Source: Halobacteriaceae archaeon (GTDB taxonomy: Archaea; Halobacteriota; Halobacteria; Halobacteriales; Halobacteriaceae). Taken from it: a DNA stretch of 36,754 nucleotides. The notes below the pieces were generated by a model that worked only from the letters and a program-made list of their open reading frames with translations, ran no database searches and was not told where the DNA came from. The stretch is taken from the NCBI GenBank assembly GCA_042216675.1, contig JBDGTS010000042.1, positions 1 to 36,754 on the forward strand. The letters run 5' to 3'. Numbering within the stretch: the stretch's first letter is position 1; the number at the start of each line of letters is the position of its first letter. Positions 1-8,355 of the stretch are shown here, piece after piece. The position numbers were made by a program, and so were the translations under genes.

Positions 1-453
1 GCCGAGGTCCTCGACGGGGAACACGTCGGGTCGGCCGAGGCTGAACAGCAACTGCATCTTCGCGGTCCACGTTCCCACACCGGTGATGGACGTGAGTTCG
101 TCGACGACGGCCGCGTCGTCCATCCCGGCGAAGTGCTCGCGGGAGTAGCCCCGCTCCTCGAACGCCCGCGCGACGTTCTGCACGTCGTCGGTTTTCCGCC
201 GTGAGAGACCGGCGTTCCGGAGCGTCTCGTGGTCGGCGTCGAGGACGCCCCGGGGCGTCACCGCGACGGCGTCGAACAGTCGCTCCTCGACGGCCTCTGC
301 GGCGGCCATCGACACCTGCTGGCGGCAGATAGAGACGACGAAGCGCTCGAAGAAGTCGTCGGCGGGCGTGAGTTCGACCGGGCCGTGGGCCGCGACGAGA
401 GGACCGAGCGACGGGTCGGTGCGAAGCGATTCGTGTGGCGACTCGTCGGTCAT
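1..453 (-). CDS. alkA: DNA-3-methyladenine glycosylase (AlkA, HhH-GPD family), 3' end outside window
   Basis: Manual translation from ATG at 453: MTDESPHESLRTDPSLGPLV...SICRQQVSMAAA...GLSRRK...LTSITGVGTWTAKMQLLFSLGRPDVFPVEDLG. Contains the HhH motif and the PVED(LG) catalytic Asp. Not in the ORF track because it is truncated. Confidence 0.9.
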   Translation of the reverse strand, partial: MTDESPHESLRTDPSLGPLVAAHGPVELTPADDFFERFVVSICRQQVSMAAAEAVEERLFDAVAVTPRGVLDADHETLRNAGLSRRKTDDVQNVARAFEERGYSREHFAGMDDAAVVDELTSITGVGTWTAKMQLLFSLGRPDVFPVEDLG

Positions 454-510
454 CGGGAGGGGGAACGCCGTCGACGCCCAAAACCGCTCCGTCTACGATG
501 TGCCCTAGAG

Positions 511-527
511 ATATAATCTCATTATAT
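511..527. promoter_or_regulatory. Perfect AT-rich palindrome ATATAAT-ctc-ATTATAT, putative transcription-factor operator
   Basis: 7-bp arms with a 3-nt spacer in the divergent intergenic region between alkA and the zinc-finger gene, just upstream of the TATA-like CTTAAG at 543-548. Confidence 0.5.
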
Positions 528-576
528 TGTATGCAGAGAGCGCTTAAGTTCTCCCGTCGATGACCAAAGAACTGCT

Positions 577-753
577 ATGGCCGCAACTCAATCGTGGAGC
601 GATCCGAACGAGTGTCCATTCTGCGGTGAGCGCCTCGAATCGCCCGGCGAGGGGTTCATGATTCACATCGAGGAGAGCCCGGACTGCGACGCCGACTTCG
701 ACACGTGGCGCGACCGCGTGTCGGGCGACATGGCCGCTGGCTGGTCGGGATAG
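577..753 (+). CDS. Small CPxCG-related zinc-finger protein (58 aa)
   Basis: MAATQSWSDPNECPFCGERLESPGEGFMIHIEESPDCDADFDTWRDRVSGDMAAGWSG. CPFCG...H...C ligand set, acidic composition, TATA-like box about 30 nt upstream. Below the ORF-track size cutoff. Confidence 0.85.
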   Translation: MAATQSWSDPNECPFCGERLESPGEGFMIHIEESPDCDADFDTWRDRVSGDMAAGWSG

Positions 754-814
754 TTCGGCCGCTCTCGTCTCTACCGCTCGCCCCCGCAGCGCCGCTCCGG
801 CGGTGAAAGTCGGT

Positions 815-886
815 TACGCGGCTTCGCACGCTCGAGTAGACGGTAGCAACGACTGATGATTCCGATCTCTAGTGCGAAGCCGAGTA
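815..886. repeat. 15-bp imperfect inverted repeat (MITE-like element or IS end scar)
   Basis: tacgcggcttcgcac (815-829) versus gtgcgaagccgagta (872-886): 14/15 complementary, 42-nt spacer. Confidence 0.5.
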
Positions 887-959
887 CACCAGTTGGTTCG
901 TGTGAAGCGGGAGATCAAGGTCTGCACACCCACTCTACTAGCGGCGCGCGGGCGCACCT

Positions 960-1628
960 TCAGGGGGTGCGCGAATCGCGCATCGCGGCGCGAACGAGTT
1001 TCGCTTCGGCCTTCTGCAGGTGTTCCGTCACCGTATTTGGGGCACAGCCAAGACGCTCGGCGATGTCCGCATGGGTGGCGTTCCGTGGACTCTCGTAGTA
1101 CCCCAACTCCAGTGCCGCCGTGACTGCCGCTCGCTGACGCTCGCTGAGTGTCGTCGTTGGAGCGGTCGACTCGTCGGGAAACGTCCCGATGGCGTGGACG
1201 TCGACCTCGAATCCGGCCGGAACAGCGTCGATCATCGATTGCAGTACCTCGGATTCGCCGACAATCCGGAACTGTGCCGTTCCCTCCCGGTAGACGACCG
1301 GCGCGGCGACGATCAATCCCATTCGGGAAATCGCGTCAATAACTTGCTGGAATAGTGGAGCCTCGGACGGCCGGCCGACCACGAGCATATAGAAGCGATC
1401 GTCGTCAACCCGAGTGAGATCGAACCTGACGACGACGGACGAATCGCCGGCCTCTCCTGCGAACGCGTCGGCATCCCCGTCCACGGCCTACAACGCCGTC
1501 AGCGCATCCTCGGAGGAGGCGTTCCACTCCAAGAGGCGCGCCTCGTCAACGCGGGGTGAATCCGCGACGAGCCGGAAAAATCGCGGCGCGCCCGGCGGTG
1601 GCCTACCCACGAGTTCGAGATACCGCAT
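960..1628 (-). pseudogene. HTH-10 (bacterio-opsin-activator-type) transcription regulator with an in-frame TAG
   Basis: ATG at 1628 (MRYLELVGRP...) with TTTAAA box at 1653-1658. In-frame TAG at 1488-1490 after codon 46; the same frame continues to a C-terminal LSERQRAAVTAALELGYYESPRNATHADIAERLGCAPNTVTEHLQKAE HTH-10 motif. Confidence 0.8.
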
Positions 1629-1713
1629 GGACGCACGTTGCCCACGTTCTAGTTTAAATCCTACGAGCATACTCTGCATTACTGCTACCGAGCGTCCGGT
1701 CGTTGTTTCATCC

Positions 1714-2508
1714 ATGCCGAACACCGAACCCTCGATCGCCGTGGATGCGCTACGCAAGAAATTCGGAGCGACGACCGCGCTCGACGGCATCGATCTGTCC
1801 GTTGATGGAGCAGGCATTCTCGGCGTCGCGGGACCGAACGGATCCGGGAAGACGACACTCATCCACTGCCTGTTGGGCCTAGTTTCGCCCACTGCCGGCG
1901 AAGCCTGCATCGCAGGGACGCCACCGCAGTCGTTCGACGCTGACGATCGGCGGCGGATCGGCTACATGCCGCAACACACCGCCGTTTACGACGATCTGAC
2001 CGTGCGAGAGAACGTCGCTTTCTTCGCGCGGTTGTACGGCGTCGACGACCGAGCGACCGCCATCGACCGTGCGCTCTCGTTCGTCGATCTCGCTGACCGG
2101 GCCGACAGCCGCATCGGCGAACTTTCGGGCGGGATGATCCGTCGAACGAGCCTCGCCTGTGCCCTCGTCCACGACCCGGACGTGCTGTTCCTCGATGAAC
2201 CCACGGTCGGTCTCGACCCGAAACTGCGCGCCTCGATGTGGGAGGGATTTCGCCAACGCCGCGACAACGGCGCGCTCGTCGTCGTCTCGACGCATTACCT
2301 CGATGAGGTGAAACACTGCGATCGCGTGCTCTTTCTCCGCGAGGGGCGCGTTCTCACGGTCGATTCGCCCGATGGCGTTCTCGACGCCACGGGAACGGAT
2401 GAGTTGGAGGCTGCGTTCCTCACCCTCTTGGACGATGAGGGGGCGACTCCCTCCGACAAGAGCACACCATCCGCTACTGACTCGACGAACGGAGGTGCGG
2501 GGTCGTGA
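1714..2508 (+). CDS. ABC transporter ATP-binding protein (ABC-2/multidrug type)
   Basis: Walker A GPNGSGKTT, signature LSGGM, Walker B LFLDEP, H-loop STH; start MPNTEP at 1714. Confidence 0.93.
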   Translation: MPNTEPSIAVDALRKKFGATTALDGIDLSVDGAGILGVAGPNGSGKTTLIHCLLGLVSPTAGEACIAGTPPQSFDADDRRRIGYMPQHTAVYDDLTVRENVAFFARLYGVDDRATAIDRALSFVDLADRADSRIGELSGGMIRRTSLACALVHDPDVLFLDEPTVGLDPKLRASMWEGFRQRRDNGALVVVSTHYLDEVKHCDRVLFLREGRVLTVDSPDGVLDATGTDELEAAFLTLLDDEGATPSDKSTPSATDSTNGGAGS

Positions 2509-3221
2509 ACGGGACGCTGCCGGTCGCGGGGCGCATCCTGCGGACGCTCCGGGGCGACCGCCGGACGCTCGGTATGGTGATCGTCGTGCCGGCGTTCGTC
2601 CTGTATCTACTGAGCGAGGTGTTCCCGCGCCCGGAGGCGGTTGCACCGATCGTTCTCGCTGTCGTTGTGTTCTTCCTGACGTACCTGCTGACTGCTATCG
2701 GGTTCCTGCGGGAACGGACTGCCGGGACGCTGAAGCGCGTTCTCGTCGCGCCCGTCTCCCGGTCGGGACTGGTCTTCGGATACGTGCTCGGGTACGGCGT
2801 GCTGGCGACCGTCCAGTCGCTCGTGCTTTTGGGGGCGGCTATCGTGTTTCTTGACGTCGGGTTCGACCACGGCATCGAACTGTTCTTGCTCGTGGAGTTG
2901 TTGGGCGCGCTGACCGCACTTGGGATCGGCATCGTCCTGTCGCTGTTCGCCGAAAACGAGTTCCAGGCCATCCAATTCATCCCGGTCGTCATTACGCCAC
3001 AGGTCATCCTCGGCGGGACGTTCCTCCCGGTTGAACAGCTCCCGACCTACCTCGAATGGCCAGCGCGTGCGATGCCGGTGACCTACCTCATCGAGGCGAT
3101 GCGATACGTCGTCCACGGCGAGGGCATGGTTGCGGAGTTCCGGATCGCGATGCTCGCACTCGTCGCGTTCGCGCTCGCGGCAGTGATCGTGGCCGGCGCG
3201 ATGGTTCGCCGGACCGGGTAG
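2505..3221 (+). CDS. ABC-2 type transporter permease
   Basis: About 6 hydrophobic segments, RERTAGTL..VLVAPVS motif, GTGA overlap with the ATPase gene. Confidence 0.92.
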   Translation: MNGTLPVAGRILRTLRGDRRTLGMVIVVPAFVLYLLSEVFPRPEAVAPIVLAVVVFFLTYLLTAIGFLRERTAGTLKRVLVAPVSRSGLVFGYVLGYGVLATVQSLVLLGAAIVFLDVGFDHGIELFLLVELLGALTALGIGIVLSLFAENEFQAIQFIPVVITPQVILGGTFLPVEQLPTYLEWPARAMPVTYLIEAMRYVVHGEGMVAEFRIAMLALVAFALAAVIVAGAMVRRTG

Positions 3222-3275
3222 CACTCAGGTCAGTATCGGCCGGTTCAGGCGTGGCTCTTGTGGCGGAGGTTGTTG

Positions 3276-3740
3276 ATGGCCACTCGGGAAGTCCTTCCAG
3301 CACGCAGCGAGCGTGCGCTCAACGAGTTCTTCACCGAATACGACTGGAGTCCTGAACAGATTAGCCACGAGCGACTCGACGTACTCCAAAACCGCGGTGA
3401 AACACGGTGGTCACGGGACGGCTACATCATCATCGACGATTCGGTCAACCAGAAACTCGGGAGAAACTCCCCGGTGCTGACCGCTTCGACGATCATTCTG
3501 ACGGAGAGACCGTCTGGGGGCAGAACCTTGTGTACGCCCTCTATGCCGACGACAAAACAGCCTATCCACTCACGGTCCCCTATCTCGACATTAGCTAATC
3601 GCAGAGAAAGTCACTGATGAGGAGGACGAAGAAAACCCGGTGAAGCACCTTGCAACGAACGAGACTGATGCACCATCCGCGCACGCGATCAGGACGTACT
3701 CCGACAGGTGACGTATCGAGGCGTTTTTCGAGGACTCGAA
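3276..3740 (+). mobile_element. Degenerate IS701-family (DDE) transposase remnant
   Basis: Fragments REVLPARSERALNEFFTEYDW...GYIIIDDS (first catalytic Asp region), a frameshift near 3450 into ...GETVWGQNLVYALYADDKTAYPL, then after an apparent deletion VKHLATNETDAPSAHAIRTYSDR*RIEAFFEDS (Y-x2-R-W-x-IE-like motif with W mutated to stop). Confidence 0.75.
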
Positions 3741-3859
3741 TGTTCTCGTGGGCACGGGAGCAATCAGACCGTTGAGATCACGGTCTGATCGAAGCGCTCC
3801 GAGGGGGCGCTTATAAACGTGCGACGCCGAGGTCGTGAGAGAAGGCCGCCGAGGGACCG

Positions 3860-4417
3860 CTACTGGTTGATGTACTGGTTGTTCCGCCAGTCGACGCCCG
3901 AAGACGCGTCGGCGCTCGGGTCCTCGACGACTTCCACCGTCGCGGGGCGAGGTTCGCCCTCGACGATACGCGTCGCCTGCAGTTCGTCGTCGGCCTCGGT
4001 GATGGCCGTCAGTTCACCGCGTTCGGCGTGGGTGGCGAGGTCCCGCAGGACGAGGAACATCTCGTACTGGAGCGCGGAGTTCTGGAGGACGGACTCGCGG
4101 TCGCCCTTGAAGCCCGCCATCTCGACGAGTTCGAAGTCGGGTTCGTCGTCCTCCTCGTCCTCGCCTTGTCCCCAGCGGGGCTTCTCGGGTTCGTCGTAGA
4201 TGCGAACCTCGGACACCGTCGCCTTGAGTTGGGCGGTGGGGGTGTACTTGCTGAGTTCCGGGTCGGAGGCGACGGCCTGAATGACGAGGGTGTTGTTGCG
4301 CCGCGTCAGTTCGATGTCGTCGACACCGTCCGGGAGTTCCGGGTCCGAATCGAAGTAATCGTGGAGCGTTTCCAGCGGCACTTCCAGGGTCGAGTGAAGG
4401 CGAAATACACGTGTCAT
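3860..4417 (-). CDS. Conserved haloarchaeal hypothetical protein (DUF7110-like)
   Basis: 185-aa acidic ORF with typical codon usage; the RLHSTLEVPL N-terminus resembles a conserved haloarchaeal family. Confidence 0.75.
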   Translation of the reverse strand: MTRVFRLHSTLEVPLETLHDYFDSDPELPDGVDDIELTRRNNTLVIQAVASDPELSKYTPTAQLKATVSEVRIYDEPEKPRWGQGEDEEDDEPDFELVEMAGFKGDRESVLQNSALQYEMFLVLRDLATHAERGELTAITEADDELQATRIVEGEPRPATVEVVEDPSADASSGVDWRNNQYINQ

Positions 4418-4480
4418 GGCCGGAATATTCGACGGCAGGGTACCTGATGGTAGGGCGGGGAGACGTAAATTATCTCCGGG

Positions 4481-5110
4481 TCACTCCTCGTTGCCGACGC
4501 GGATGACCTGCATCAGCGAGTAGACGGGGACGCCCTCGATCTCCTCGACGCCGCGCTTGTCCGCGAGGACACAGCAGGCGACCGGGTCGCCGCCCTCGGC
4601 GCGGATGGCCTCCACCGTCTCCGTCATCGTGGTGCCGCTCGTGATGGTGTCGTCGACGACGTAGCACTCGCGCTCGCGGATCTGAGAGAAGTTCCGGGAG
4701 AACGAGCCACCGAGTTCCTCCATGTCCCCCTCCTCCCACTGGTGTTTGCGGGGAGCGTACGTGCCGAGGTCCGTGTCGAGTTCGCGGGCGACGGTCGTCG
4801 CCAGCGGCGCCCCGGCCTTCTCGATGCCGATGGTGAGGTCCACGTCCTCGCCCTGCTTCCCGAGGAGGTCGGCCATCGCCCGCCCCATGTGGGTGAGGCG
4901 GGTGCTGTCGCGGCCGATAGCGCTCCAATCCACGTGGATGTCGTGAGGGCCGCCGGTCGTGCGCGTGGACTGCGTGGAGCGACCGCTCCGCTCGACGAGC
5001 CAACTGGCCGTCTCCCGGGAGACGTTGAGTTCGTCAGCGATTTCGCCCTTCGAGAGCCCGCGGTCAGCGAGTTCCCGGGCACTCTCGATGAGGTCGTCGA
5101 CGTTCTTCAT
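4481..5110 (-). CDS. gfcR: Transcriptional regulator GfcR (HTH plus PyrE-like phosphoribosyltransferase domain)
   Basis: MKNVDDLIESA start, HTH GLSKGEIADELNVSRETASWL, PRPP loop YVVDDTITSGTT; TTTTATA box at 5132-5138. Confidence 0.88.
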   Translation of the reverse strand: MKNVDDLIESARELADRGLSKGEIADELNVSRETASWLVERSGRSTQSTRTTGGPHDIHVDWSAIGRDSTRLTHMGRAMADLLGKQGEDVDLTIGIEKAGAPLATTVARELDTDLGTYAPRKHQWEEGDMEELGGSFSRNFSQIRERECYVVDDTITSGTTMTETVEAIRAEGGDPVACCVLADKRGVEEIEGVPVYSLMQVIRVGNEE

Positions 5111-5192
5111 GCGAGCGGCTTTGTGCCGCGCTTTTATAGGCGTGTCCCCCTCGGCCCGGACGCCTTTTGTCGCGGGCGGCCCACCGTAATCC

Positions 5193-6398
5193 ATGGACCG
5201 CTACGACCGACTGTACACGCTCTACGAGGAGGTAGAGGTCGGCAAACTCCGCGACCATCAGGAGTTCGTCGACCTGTTTCCGCCCGTGGACTCACAGGTC
5301 GCGCTCTCCCACTGGGAGGAGGCCAGCGAGGAACTCGCGCGGCGCAAGCGCGAGATTCAGACGCGCTACCGCGACGGCGAGACGCTAGCGGACGTGGCGG
5401 CCCACGCCACCCGCGAGCAGGCGTTCGCGGCGCTCGACCTGTACACCACCTACGACCGGGCGGTGAACGTCCTCGTCCTCGACATCGACGAGACGCTCCG
5501 GTCGGCGGGGACCACCGACAACGAGATTCCACGCGAGACGCTCCACCTGCTGACCGAGTTCCACGAGCGCGGGGTGCCCATCGTCGTCTGCACCGGACAG
5601 ACCCTAGAGAACGTGAAGGGGTTCACGATTCAGGGGCTGGGCAACGCCATCGTCCACTCGGGCACAGTGAGCATCGTGTACGAGGCGGGGTCGGGCGTGT
5701 TCACGCCGGGCCACGGCGGGGACACGAAGCAACTGCTGTACGAGGACCTCGACGAAACCGTACAAGAGGCCTTCGCCACCGTCCGCTCGCGCGTCCTCTC
5801 GGACGCCCCCGAGCGTATCCGACGTGGGTGTCACCTGCAAGGCAACGAGTTCAACGTCACCCTCAAGCCCAACTACGAGACAGGGAGCGACGACGCCGTG
5901 GCCGTCATCGACGAGGCACTCGGCTACCTGCTGGACCTCCTCGGCGAGACGGCGCCCGACGCGACACCGGCGATGGCCCGGGCGCACTACGCCGCCGAAG
6001 ACCCCGAAATCGAGGCCGCACTCGACGAGGTGCCCGAGGCCGAGGTGTCCGACGCGGCAGAGACGTTCTTCGAGCGAGTCGAGGTGGCATACTACGAGGG
6101 CGACGCCGCCGAGATGGCCAGCCGCGAACTGCACAAGGCCAACGGCGTCGAGGCCGCACTCGACGTGTTGGGCGTCGAGGACCCGTTCGCGCTGGTGATG
6201 GGCGACTCCAAGAGCGACCTGCGGGTGATGGAGTGGGCCGAGGAACACGACGCCGGCATCGCGGCCGCGCCCGATCACTCCTCCCCGGGCGTCCTCGACC
6301 ACGTGCGCTCGACGGACGACCTCGTGTTCGACCAAGGCGACGCCGTGGACGTACTGCGCACCGTCTACGCGCTGAACGCCCTCGCGGACGCGGAGTGA
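5193..6398 (+). CDS. HAD-superfamily hydrolase (class II-like) with N-terminal helical extension
   Basis: Motif I LDIDET, motif II CTG, motif III K (HKANG), motif IV GDSKSD. Confidence 0.88.
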   Translation: MDRYDRLYTLYEEVEVGKLRDHQEFVDLFPPVDSQVALSHWEEASEELARRKREIQTRYRDGETLADVAAHATREQAFAALDLYTTYDRAVNVLVLDIDETLRSAGTTDNEIPRETLHLLTEFHERGVPIVVCTGQTLENVKGFTIQGLGNAIVHSGTVSIVYEAGSGVFTPGHGGDTKQLLYEDLDETVQEAFATVRSRVLSDAPERIRRGCHLQGNEFNVTLKPNYETGSDDAVAVIDEALGYLLDLLGETAPDATPAMARAHYAAEDPEIEAALDEVPEAEVSDAAETFFERVEVAYYEGDAAEMASRELHKANGVEAALDVLGVEDPFALVMGDSKSDLRVMEWAEEHDAGIAAAPDHSSPGVLDHVRSTDDLVFDQGDAVDVLRTVYALNALADAE

Positions 6399-6433
6399 CA
6401 ACCCTCAAGACCGGGCCGCGTGGACGGGCATCC

Positions 6434-7339
6434 ATGTCGAACGCACCAGCACCGGGCGCGGCCGACCCGCTCTCCCTCCGCGGCGTCGTGCCGCCGACGG
6501 TGACCGTCTTCGACGAGGACGAGACCCTCGACGCGGACCGGACGGCCGACCACGCCCGATTCGTCGTGGACCGCGGCGTCCACGGCGTCTTCCCCCTCGG
6601 GACGAACGGCGAGTTCGCACTGCTCGACGGCGACGAGCGAAAGCGCGTCGTCGAGGCCGTCGCCGACGAAATCGACGAGGTGCCGGTCATCGCCGGCGTC
6701 GGCGCGCCCGGGACGAAGAACACCGTCGACCACGCGCGACACGCCGAACGCGTCGGCGCGGACGGCGTCGTCGTCGTCACCCCCTTCTACTACCCCATCG
6801 ACCACGAGGCCGCGGTCCAGCACTACCGACGCGTCGTCGAGGCCGTCGACGTGCCCGTCTACGTCTACCACATCCCGAGCAAGACGGGCAACACGCTGTC
6901 GCTGGAGACTGTGTCGGCGCTCGCGGACCTCGGCGTCGCCGGCGTGAAGGATTCGAGCAAAGACGTGCCGTTCCTCGGGCAGGCCATCGACGACAACCCC
7001 GAGTTGACGTTCCTCGCGGGGTCGGACTCCCTCGTCTTCCCCGGCTTCGAAATCGGCTGCACCGGCATCGTGAGCGCCGTCGCGAACGCCTTCCCGGAAC
7101 TCATCGTCGACCTGTACGAGGCCTACGACGCCGGCGACGAGGACCGGGCGGAGGACCTCCAGAGCGTCGTCTACGACGTGCGCTCGGCGCTCAAGCGGGG
7201 CCCGTACATGGCCGGGCCGAAGACGGCGCTCGGTCTGCGGGGCTTCGACGCCGGGCCGATGCGGTCGCCGCTCCGCGGGATGACGGCCGAGGAGACGGAC
7301 GCGCTCGAAGCGACTCTGCACGAGTACGACCTGCTCTAG
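6434..7339 (+). CDS. DHDPS/NAL-family class I aldolase, probable haloarchaeal KDPG/KDG aldolase
   Basis: GTNGE, YHIP and Schiff-base GVKDSS motifs; adjacent to gfcR; the true dapA lies elsewhere in the window. Confidence 0.75.
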   Translation: MSNAPAPGAADPLSLRGVVPPTVTVFDEDETLDADRTADHARFVVDRGVHGVFPLGTNGEFALLDGDERKRVVEAVADEIDEVPVIAGVGAPGTKNTVDHARHAERVGADGVVVVTPFYYPIDHEAAVQHYRRVVEAVDVPVYVYHIPSKTGNTLSLETVSALADLGVAGVKDSSKDVPFLGQAIDDNPELTFLAGSDSLVFPGFEIGCTGIVSAVANAFPELIVDLYEAYDAGDEDRAEDLQSVVYDVRSALKRGPYMAGPKTALGLRGFDAGPMRSPLRGMTAEETDALEATLHEYDLL

Positions 7340-7388
7340 GCTTCGCCGGGACACGAGGAGTTACAACCCCGGTGGCTCTGGGTGGACC

Positions 7389-8354
7389 ATGGAGTACACG
7401 ACGCTCGGGTCGGCCGGGACGACGGTGAGCGAAATCTGTCTCGGCTGCATGAGTTTTACCGAGGAGGGCGAGGGCTGGACCGTCGACCGGGAGGAGAGCA
7501 CCGAAATCATCGACCGGGCCGTCGAGTTGGGCATCAACTTCTTCGACACGGCAAACGTCTACACGCAGGGCGAGAGCGAGTCGATCCTCGGCGACGCTCT
7601 CGCGGAGTACGACCGGGACTGGCCCGTCGTCGCCACCAAGGTCCGCGGGAGCATGGACGAGGACAACCCGAACGCGGAGGGCCTCTCGCGGAAGGCCATC
7701 GAGCAGGAACTGCAGAACAGCCTCGACCGACTGGGGATGGACACCATCGACCTGTACCAGATTCACCGCTGGGACTACGACGTGCCGATCGCGGAGACGA
7801 TGCGGACCCTCGACGACGCCGTGCGCCGGAATCAGGTGCGGTACGTCGGCGCCTCGTCGATGTGGGCACACCAGTTCGCCGACGCGCTCCACACGTCGGA
7901 GATGCAGAACCTCGAACGGTTCCAGACGATGCAGAACCACTACAACCTCGCCTACCGGGAGGAAGAGCGCGAGATGCTCCCGCTCTGTGACCGCGAGGGC
8001 GTCGGCGTCATCCCGTGGTCCCCGCTCGCCGGCGGCTTCCTCACGCGCCCCCACGAGGAGATGGAGGCGACGATTCGGGGCGAGGACGCCGACTGGGACC
8101 ACTACGTGAGCGGCGGCGGCCTCGAAATCAACGAGCGCGTCGAGGAGCTGGCCGAGGAGAAGCAGGTGTCGATGGCGCAAATCGCGCTCTCGTGGCACCT
8201 CCACAAGGAGTGGGTCACGGCGCCCATCGTCGGCGTCTCCAGCGTCGAACACCTCGAAGACGCCGCCGAGGCGGTGGACGTCGACCTCAGCGACTCCGAC
8301 GTGGAGTACCTCGAAGAGCCGTACGAGCCGACGGCCGTCGCCGGCCACGACTGA
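7389..8354 (+). CDS. Aldo/keto reductase
   Basis: GINFFDTANVY, VATK, DLYQIHRWD and PWSPLAGG motifs. Confidence 0.93.
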   Translation: MEYTTLGSAGTTVSEICLGCMSFTEEGEGWTVDREESTEIIDRAVELGINFFDTANVYTQGESESILGDALAEYDRDWPVVATKVRGSMDEDNPNAEGLSRKAIEQELQNSLDRLGMDTIDLYQIHRWDYDVPIAETMRTLDDAVRRNQVRYVGASSMWAHQFADALHTSEMQNLERFQTMQNHYNLAYREEEREMLPLCDREGVGVIPWSPLAGGFLTRPHEEMEATIRGEDADWDHYVSGGGLEINERVEELAEEKQVSMAQIALSWHLHKEWVTAPIVGVSSVEHLEDAAEAVDVDLSDSDVEYLEEPYEPTAVAGHD

Positions 8355-8355
8355 C

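Noticed and set aside
1488-1490. Pyrrolysine or other amber recoding
   Set aside because: TAG is used as a normal stop by many genes here, there are no pyl genes in the window, and the gene sits in a decaying island.
4481-5110. Orotate phosphoribosyltransferase (pyrE)
   Set aside because: The N-terminal HTH and the gene context identify the regulator GfcR.
4742-6433. N-terminal extension of the 865-aa ORF
   Set aside because: Arg/Gly-rich off-frame translation overlapping gfcR and the HAD gene; the aldolase starts at 6434.
6434-7339. Second dapA
   Set aside because: Has GTNGE/YHIP rather than GSTGE/YNVP and lies in a sugar cluster; the true dapA is at 16951.
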